Shown here: positions 58,085-64,000 of the stretch, piece after piece
How the letters are laid out: every line of letters starts with the position of its first letter
Numbering within the stretch: the first letter of the stretch is position 1
Source: Bradymonadia bacterium
GTDB taxonomy: Bacteria; Myxococcota_A; Bradymonadia; UBA7976; UBA1532
Reading direction: 5' to 3'
DNA: 64,000 nucleotides
NCBI GenBank assembly: GCA_046290225.1
Contig: JBKAGE010000080.1
Location: 64,001 to 128,000, forward strand
Notes under the pieces: generated by a model
What the model was told of the DNA's origin: nothing
What the model saw: the letters and a program-made list of their open reading frames with translations, nothing else
Database searches by the model: none
Translations under genes and position numbers: made by a program

Positions 58085-59530
58085 ATGTGGTACGCCATTG
58101 TGCGCAACCAGCAGATAGGCCCGGTCAGCGCAGGCGCAATCGCTGAGCTCATCCGGGTTGGAGTCGCCGACGGCCAGACGTACGCCTGGGCCGACGGCAT
58201 GGGAGACTGGAAGCCCCTCAGCGAGCTGCCGGACTTCATCCCCGTGCTCAACGGTGAGCCGCTCCGAGTGTCTGATGGGGATGCGCGAGAAGCCGATGAG
58301 CACGCATCTACTTTGATGATGTCCTCTGACCAGGCTCAGGCCTGGGCCGAGGTGCTCAATCATCTACCTGAGCTGGCGAGCTCGGCGGCGGCGGCACAGC
58401 ACGCCACCGCAGAGCCTGATCCCGACGAGTCCCTCGCAGGCGACGACGCCTTCGCAGACGGGCACACCGTCCTTGAGATCCCGGGCCTGATCCCCGAGCT
58501 CGAGCACCGGCGTCAGAATCCGCCTCTCGATGCCCAGGGCACTCCCTCGCTCTCCGGGCCGCCGAGCATTCCCCCCTTCGATCCCAACCCGGAGCCGGCA
58601 CCGGCACCAGAGCCGCCGCCTCCCGTGGACGCCCCCCTCGATCTCGCCGGGCCCCCAGATCTTTCAGCCCCCCCCGAGCTTCAAGCCCCTGCTGAGTGGG
58701 CACCGGAGACGGTGGCCGATGTGCCTGCGCTCTCGCCCGAAGAGCAGGATGACGAAGAGGAAGACTCCGGCGGGGGCGGCAAGATGGTCCTGCTCCTCGT
58801 CCTGCTCGTCGTCCTCGGCGCCGGCGGCGCCATCGGGGTGAAGATGTGGATGGCCAGCGATCAGGGCGGCACGCCCGACGCCGCTCTGGCCGAGAAGCCG
58901 CTCCTCGCCGACATGGGCGCAGCAGTGGTGGCGCCGGTGAACGGCCTCATGGACGCTGGCACAGTGCCCAAACCTGACGCTGCGGCGCCAGCGGCCGCCG
59001 ACGCCGCCACCCCTGCTGCAGCTGATGCGGGCATGCCCGACGCTGCAACCCCCGACGCGGCACCCCCAGCCAAGCCTGACGCAGCACCTCCGGCGAAACC
59101 TGATGCCTCAGTGAAGATCGTGAAGAACAACACGCCGCCCAACCGCAGGAATGGTGGCAAGAGCCCCATCAGGCGCCGCAAGGGCAAGAACACTTCTGGC
59201 ACAGGCGGGAGCAGCGGCTCGAGTCCTATCAAGGACACCCCTCCTAAGAACAATCTGCCCGTGGTGCTCAGCCGCAACGACATTCAGAAGGTCATGAACG
59301 CCAACAAGCCCAAGCTCAAGGCCTGCGCTGATCCCGAAGGGCCTCAGGGCAGCATCACCGTGCAGGTGCTCATTCAGCGCTCCGGCAAGGTGGCTCGGGC
59401 CCGGGTCACCAAGAGCAGCGTCCGGGGCACCCCCGTGGGCAAGTGCATCGAAAAGACTGTTAAGGGCATCAAGTTCCCCGAGTTCTCCGGAAACCCGATG
59501 GACATCCCCCTGCCGCCCGTGGAGATCTGA
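58085..59530 (+). CDS. GYF_2 (DUF4339) - TM - AgmX/PglI TonB_C protein (GltJ/AgmX-like architecture)
   Basis: WY....QQIGPV...YAWADGMGDWKPL; TM; PDAA repeats; IQKVM..LKAC...SGKV...GKCIEK..FP. Confidence 0.75.
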   Translation: MWYAIVRNQQIGPVSAGAIAELIRVGVADGQTYAWADGMGDWKPLSELPDFIPVLNGEPLRVSDGDAREADEHASTLMMSSDQAQAWAEVLNHLPELASSAAAAQHATAEPDPDESLAGDDAFADGHTVLEIPGLIPELEHRRQNPPLDAQGTPSLSGPPSIPPFDPNPEPAPAPEPPPPVDAPLDLAGPPDLSAPPELQAPAEWAPETVADVPALSPEEQDDEEEDSGGGGKMVLLLVLLVVLGAGGAIGVKMWMASDQGGTPDAALAEKPLLADMGAAVVAPVNGLMDAGTVPKPDAAAPAAADAATPAAADAGMPDAATPDAAPPAKPDAAPPAKPDASVKIVKNNTPPNRRNGGKSPIRRRKGKNTSGTGGSSGSSPIKDTPPKNNLPVVLSRNDIQKVMNANKPKLKACADPEGPQGSITVQVLIQRSGKVARARVTKSSVRGTPVGKCIEKTVKGIKFPEFSGNPMDIPLPPVEI

Positions 59531-59538
59531 CCGTGACC

Positions 59539-59928
59539 ATGAAGACCTCGGAAGCCACCACCCAGGGCATCCACATCGTCGTTCAGGCCCGGTACATCCA
59601 GGAACAGTCCGATCCTGAGCGCGACTTCTACTACTTCGCTTATCACGTGAACATCGCCAACGAGAGCACGCAGACCGCGCAGCTCATCTCACGGCATTGG
59701 GTGATCACCGATGGGCAGAATCGCACCCAGGAGGTCAAGGGCCCTGGGGTCGTGGGCCAGCAGCCCATTCTGGAGCCGGGTCAGTCGTTCCAGTACACCA
59801 GCGCATGTCCGCTGCCCACCCCGGTGGGCACCATGCACGGCACGTATCAAATGATCACGCTAGATGGGGGTTCGTTTGATGCCGAGATTGCACCTTTCGT
59901 CCTCGCTCGCCCTGGTGCGCTGCACTGA
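59539..59928 (+). CDS. apaG: ApaG protein
   Basis: FAYHVNIAN, QLISRHWVITD, GPGVVGQQP, FQYTS, GTMHGTY. Confidence 0.95.
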   Translation: MKTSEATTQGIHIVVQARYIQEQSDPERDFYYFAYHVNIANESTQTAQLISRHWVITDGQNRTQEVKGPGVVGQQPILEPGQSFQYTSACPLPTPVGTMHGTYQMITLDGGSFDAEIAPFVLARPGALH

Positions 59929-60883
59929 AAGCCTCGCCCCTCAGGCCCCCTGCGGGCTGACGCATCCCCGAGACGATGAACCCGCCGAGCAATGGCTTGG
60001 CGAAGAATGATTTGCGTACCAGGGGCTCGACGCGCTCGGCCACCCACGCCATGGCTGTGGGCATCTGAGGCAGCACGAGGCCATCGAGAGAGGCCTTCAC
60101 CTCCACCATGCCCGCCTCCAATGCCCAGTCGATCATGTCGTCGTGCCGCAACGGCATCTCATTGGGCGAGAGGTTCTCGCTGCGGTTCCAGTCGAAGTAG
60201 TACCGGTTGAACAGGTTGTAGAGGCTCGGCTCCCGGAAGGCGAAGCTGCCGCCCACCCGCAGAATGCGCCACAGCCCCCTGAAGAAGGCCGGCATATCTT
60301 CGGGGATGTGATGCAGCACACCGAGGCCGATGGCTGAGTCGAAGACCCCGTCTCGAAACGGAAACGCCAGAATGTCCGCAGCGACGAGCAGTACATCTGG
60401 GTTGTCCCCGAGGCGCTTCTTCGCCACCCGGAGCATGTCGATCGACAGATCAGTGCAGACGACACGGCGCCCGGCGGCCAGGTGACGCTGGGTCATGTCG
60501 CCGGTCCCCGTGCCCACCTCCACAGTCAACGTGCCGGAGGCCTCAGTGGGCTCGAGCACCGAGGCCACCATCCGGGCGAGACGCCTCTGAGCAAAGGGCT
60601 TCTCGCTGCCGAGTACGTCGTGATCATACGCATCGGCAGTGGCCTCCCAGAAAGCCAGCTCACCCATCGTGTCCTGGGTCGTGCTGGCCTGGGCCCCCTG
60701 AGCCCGCACCCGGGCGATACTGTTCGGGCGTAGATCGAGGATCCCATCAATCCAGGGGACCCGCTCATGGGTGCCCCTGATGTAGAGCGCATCGTCACGC
60801 CACTCGATGGGAGTGTTGTCATTGGGGGTGGCAAACAGCTCGCGGGCCCAGACAGGCACATGGCCGGGGGTGGTGTCAGTCAT
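59855..60883 (-). CDS. Class I SAM-dependent methyltransferase
   Basis: VEVGTGTG, TDLSIDML, PFRDGVFD, VLHH, RILRVGG..EP. Confidence 0.85.
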   Translation of the reverse strand: MTDTTPGHVPVWARELFATPNDNTPIEWRDDALYIRGTHERVPWIDGILDLRPNSIARVRAQGAQASTTQDTMGELAFWEATADAYDHDVLGSEKPFAQRRLARMVASVLEPTEASGTLTVEVGTGTGDMTQRHLAAGRRVVCTDLSIDMLRVAKKRLGDNPDVLLVAADILAFPFRDGVFDSAIGLGVLHHIPEDMPAFFRGLWRILRVGGSFAFREPSLYNLFNRYYFDWNRSENLSPNEMPLRHDDMIDWALEAGMVEVKASLDGLVLPQMPTAMAWVAERVEPLVRKSFFAKPLLGGFIVSGMRQPAGGLRGEAFSAAHQGERGRKVQSRHQTNPHLA

Positions 60884-61151
60884 CGTCGTCGCTCTCGTCT
60901 CGTGGAAAATGAGCACACAGAGTAATGGCTTCGATCGCTGAGCCCGGACATCTGCCCACCAAAACTCGATGTTTCACATACAGTGAGCACGGGTGTTTTT
61001 CGAGGTGCGTGACCACCTCGAAACCCTCACGGTGTCTGGGTGTGCGTTCAATACCATGATGTATGGCGCCCCTGCCACCCACACCTACTCACAACAACGC
61101 ACAAAAGAGTTTATGTGGCGTGTGCATAGAGGCCTTACGAGACGGCCAGCA

Positions 61152-61847
61152 TCAACGCTCGGCGAGCCATGCCGCCTCAGCCTCGGTGGGCAACCGTGCG
61201 TCGCCTTCCGGGAGATCGCCGAGGCGAACCTCTCCGAACCGCACCCGCTGCAGATCGAGCACAGGATGCCCCGAGTTCGCGAGAATCCGCCGGACCATCC
61301 GGTGCTTGCCCTCACGTACGACGAGCCGCACCACATCCCCTTCTATGGCGAGTACATCGGCGGCAAAGCGCCCCTCGGCAGTCTCGACCCCTGCGGCGAG
61401 GGTCTGCACCAGCCGATCATCGGGCACGTTCTCTACCCGAGCGAGGTACTCCCGCTCTACAGCGTACTTCGGGTGCAGCATGCGCTGAGTGATGGTGCCA
61501 TCTTGCATGAAGAGCATCAGCCCTGTGGTCTCGGCGTCGAGCCGACCTACAGGGTGCAGTCCCAGGGCGAGATAGCTCGCCATCTCAGTGCCCAGGCAGG
61601 GGCGCCCCCATGGATCTTCAGTCGTCGACACCACGCCATTGGGCTTGTGGTAGATGACCACCGGCGGGGGTGCCAGGACCGGCTCACCATTGAGGGTGAC
61701 CTCGGCCCCGTCGGGCACGTGCATCGACACGTCTTTGACCGGCTCACCGTCCACGGCGACCAGGCCCTTCTTCACAAATCGTCGGACCTCTTTCCGAGTG
61801 CCCAGCCCGCGCTCGGCGAGCAGCTTGTCCAGACGTGCACCTGCCAT
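61152..61847 (-). CDS. RsuA-family pseudouridine synthase with S4 domain
   Basis: RLDKLLA, HKPNGVVST, PVGRLDAETTGL, EGKHRMVRR. Confidence 0.9.
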   Translation of the reverse strand: MAGARLDKLLAERGLGTRKEVRRFVKKGLVAVDGEPVKDVSMHVPDGAEVTLNGEPVLAPPPVVIYHKPNGVVSTTEDPWGRPCLGTEMASYLALGLHPVGRLDAETTGLMLFMQDGTITQRMLHPKYAVEREYLARVENVPDDRLVQTLAAGVETAEGRFAADVLAIEGDVVRLVVREGKHRMVRRILANSGHPVLDLQRVRFGEVRLGDLPEGDARLPTEAEAAWLAER

Positions 61848-61873
61848 CGTTCAACCTTTCGTCAGGGCCAGCA

Positions 61874-62983
61874 TCATCGTGGCCGTCGGGCCAGCCAGAC
61901 GCGGAACCGGGTATCTTCTTCGAGCACTGTGACCTCGTGGAAAAGGGCTTCGAGGCTCGGCTCCACCTTGCGCTGACGCTGAATCACCATCACCAGCGAT
62001 CCACCAGGGGCCAGCGCCCGTGCCCCCCATGTGACGAGATCGTCCACCACACCGAGATCGAGGGCCTTGCCGCGATGGATCGGTGGGTTGCTCACGATCA
62101 GATCGAAGCCCGTCGACTGCGGGAGCGCGCTCACCCCGGACCAGCCATCACCCACAGCCATGTGTGCACCTGTCACGTTCGTCGAAGCGGCGTGGGTGGC
62201 CAGGGCGTCGTGATCCACGAGGGAGAGGGCTGCCTGCAGACCGAAGATCTGCCGCACGCCGATGGCGCTCACCCCAGGGCCACAGCAGAAATCGAGCACT
62301 CGAGCGGGGGCGAGACCATCGGCCTGCAGCCCACGAAGCGCGTCGAGGAGCATGGCAGTGCCAGGATCGAGGGTGCCGCCGGCGAAGCAGCCCGGATAGC
62401 TCGCCACCTGGGCAGGGCCCAGGGGCAGATCCACAGTGTCAGTACTGCACCAGTTGTCGAGGGTGCCTCGGGCAGCGCCAGGATCAGATGCACGGCCCCA
62501 CCACAAGCGGCAGTGGGACTTCGTCGTGATGGTGCCCACTGAACCGAACCAGGGCGCCAGCACCTTCCCCGCGGACTTGGCCCCCTCGTCGTTGGCGCCG
62601 TAGAGCCAGATCACCCCCCCGGGCATCAGGTGCGCCGCGGCCAGCTCGATGCACATCGCCAGCTCGGGGCGGGCCCGGCTGAGCCGCAGCGCCACACCGG
62701 CGAAGGGCCCACCCTCAGGCCAGGGCGCACATGGTGGCGCGTCGCCTTCGGGGCTGAGATCACGGCGCCTCCACCAGACAGCCTGCTGCCCATGGGCTTC
62801 GAGGGCCTGCACCACGCTGCCGCCGAGATCGTCGATGACGAGCCATGGGCCTTCCACGGTGGGTGCCAGGTCACCTTCGAGGGCGAGCTCGTCTTCGATG
62901 GCGGAGACCATCAGCTCATAGGCCCGGTCACCGCGATTGGGGATGATCCGACGTGGACTGGAGGCGATCGATCTACGACTCAT
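61874..62983 (-). CDS. RsmC-like methyltransferase (start uncertain)
   Basis: GANDEGAKS, PGCFAGGTLDPGT, LDFCCGPG, IVSNPPIH. Confidence 0.8.
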   Translation of the reverse strand: MSRRSIASSPRRIIPNRGDRAYELMVSAIEDELALEGDLAPTVEGPWLVIDDLGGSVVQALEAHGQQAVWWRRRDLSPEGDAPPCAPWPEGGPFAGVALRLSRARPELAMCIELAAAHLMPGGVIWLYGANDEGAKSAGKVLAPWFGSVGTITTKSHCRLWWGRASDPGAARGTLDNWCSTDTVDLPLGPAQVASYPGCFAGGTLDPGTAMLLDALRGLQADGLAPARVLDFCCGPGVSAIGVRQIFGLQAALSLVDHDALATHAASTNVTGAHMAVGDGWSGVSALPQSTGFDLIVSNPPIHRGKALDLGVVDDLVTWGARALAPGGSLVMVIQRQRKVEPSLEALFHEVTVLEEDTRFRVWLARRPR

Positions 62984-63102
62984 TTCAGGCAGTTTGCTCT
63001 TTTGTTCAGGTGTTCGTTCAGTTTTTTGCTCTGGGGGGTGTTGTACCGCAGCCCACTGGCCTAATCTACCGGGCTTCAACGACTGTGCTCGAGAGTTCGA
63101 CC

Positions 63103-64000
63103 ATGCCGACCCCTTCCCCCTTCGCCGCCGCCATCGCCCAGGAGCTGAGCCTGCCCCGACGAGGGGTGGAGGCCGTGTTGAGCCTGCTCGGCGAGGGCAA
63201 CACCGTGCCCTTCGTGGCTCGGTACCGTAAAGAAGCCACGGGGGATCTCGACGAGGTGCAGATCCGCGCCATCGAGGAGCGGGCGGGCTACCTCAAAGAT
63301 CTCGCCGATCGGCGCAAGACGATCCTCGACAGCATCGAGTCTCAGGGGAAGCTCACCGACGCGCTTCGAGCCCGCCTGATGAAGTGCACCACCAAAGCAG
63401 AGCTCGAAGACATCTACCTGCCCTACAAGCCCCGACGCCGCACCCGAGCGCAGATGGCCCGTGAGCGCGGTCTCGAGCCTCTGGCGAAGCAGATCCTAGC
63501 CCAGCCCCGAGGGGGTGATCCGATGACCGATGCCCGGGCCTTCGTCGGCGACGAGGTCCCCGACGCTGAGGCGGCCCTCGCCGGCGCCCGGGACATCGTC
63601 GCTGAGGCGGTGGCGGAGCACGCCGACATCCGCCGCATGGCCCGCGACTTCTTCGGCAGTGAGGCCCTGCTGGTGAGCAAGGCCATCAAGGGCAAGGCCG
63701 ACGGCCCTACCCCCTTCGAGCAGTACTACGACTTCAGCGAGCCCGTGGCCAAGATGCCACCCCACCGCTTCATGGCGGTCCGCCGCGGAGAGAATGAGGG
63801 CATCTTGCGGGTAAAGCTCGAGGTCGAAGCCGAGCACTTCCTGCCCCACGTGTATCGCATCATGGGGCACGACAGCCGCTCCCCCTTCGGCACCCAGATG
63901 CTCGACGCCGCCGCCGACGCCTGGAAGCGTCTGCTGGCCCCGTCGATGGAGACGGAGCTGCGGGTGCAGCTCAAGATGACGGCAGACACTTCGGCGGTGG
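63103..64000 (+). CDS. tex: Tex-family RNA-binding transcription accessory protein (runs off window)
   Basis: Manual translation: ...LLGEGNTVPFVARYRKEATGDLDEVQIRAI...LEDIYLPYKPRRRTRA...HRFMAVRRGENEG. Confidence 0.92.
   Translation, partial: MPTPSPFAAAIAQELSLPRRGVEAVLSLLGEGNTVPFVARYRKEATGDLDEVQIRAIEERAGYLKDLADRRKTILDSIESQGKLTDALRARLMKCTTKAELEDIYLPYKPRRRTRAQMARERGLEPLAKQILAQPRGGDPMTDARAFVGDEVPDAEAALAGARDIVAEAVAEHADIRRMARDFFGSEALLVSKAIKGKADGPTPFEQYYDFSEPVAKMPPHRFMAVRRGENEGILRVKLEVEAEHFLPHVYRIMGHDSRSPFGTQMLDAAADAWKRLLAPSMETELRVQLKMTADTSAV

Noticed and set aside
62993..63032. GTTCAG / TTTGCTCT direct repeats between the rsmC-like gene and tex as a LexA box
   Set aside because: The spacing and left half do not fit the alphaproteobacterial or Myxococcus LexA consensus as I recall them.
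1..64000. tRNA, rRNA, transposase, integrase, prophage or defence genes
   Set aside because: No recognisable motifs found by eye; small RNAs could be missed without covariance searches.

Overview
High-GC bacterial chromosomal window. The gene content (AgmX/GltJ-like TonB_C proteins, many Cys-rich and Gly-rich lipoproteins, MopE-type repeat giants, several sigma-54 activators) points to a Myxococcota-type deltaproteobacterium (inference). About 50 CDSs are supported. Housekeeping genes include adk, gloB, a dksA-like gene, apaG, rsuA/rluA-family and rsmC-like genes, and tex. No tRNA, rRNA, CRISPR-Cas or transposase is seen. The most notable items are: (1) three related intergenic fold-back elements (30325-30817, 44820-45192, 50173-50585) built from GTA(G)-initiated modules with GNA-triloop hairpins around a ~131-134 bp core that shares the 13-mer GGGGCTTACGCCG; (2) a six-gene translationally coupled operon encoding an atypical phosphorelay (stand-alone H-box protein, sigma-54 activator, TPR-membrane pseudo-kinase, single receiver) whose two receivers share a private insertion; (3) a circularly permuted ATP-grasp / alpha-E / transglutaminase locus in which an Ntn (class II GATase-like) domain starting with Ser instead of Cys is fused to a transglutaminase; (4) a perfect sigma-54 promoter plus a palindromic candidate enhancer that appears to drive a short structured non-coding transcript. 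All functional calls come from motif recognition only; no searches were run.
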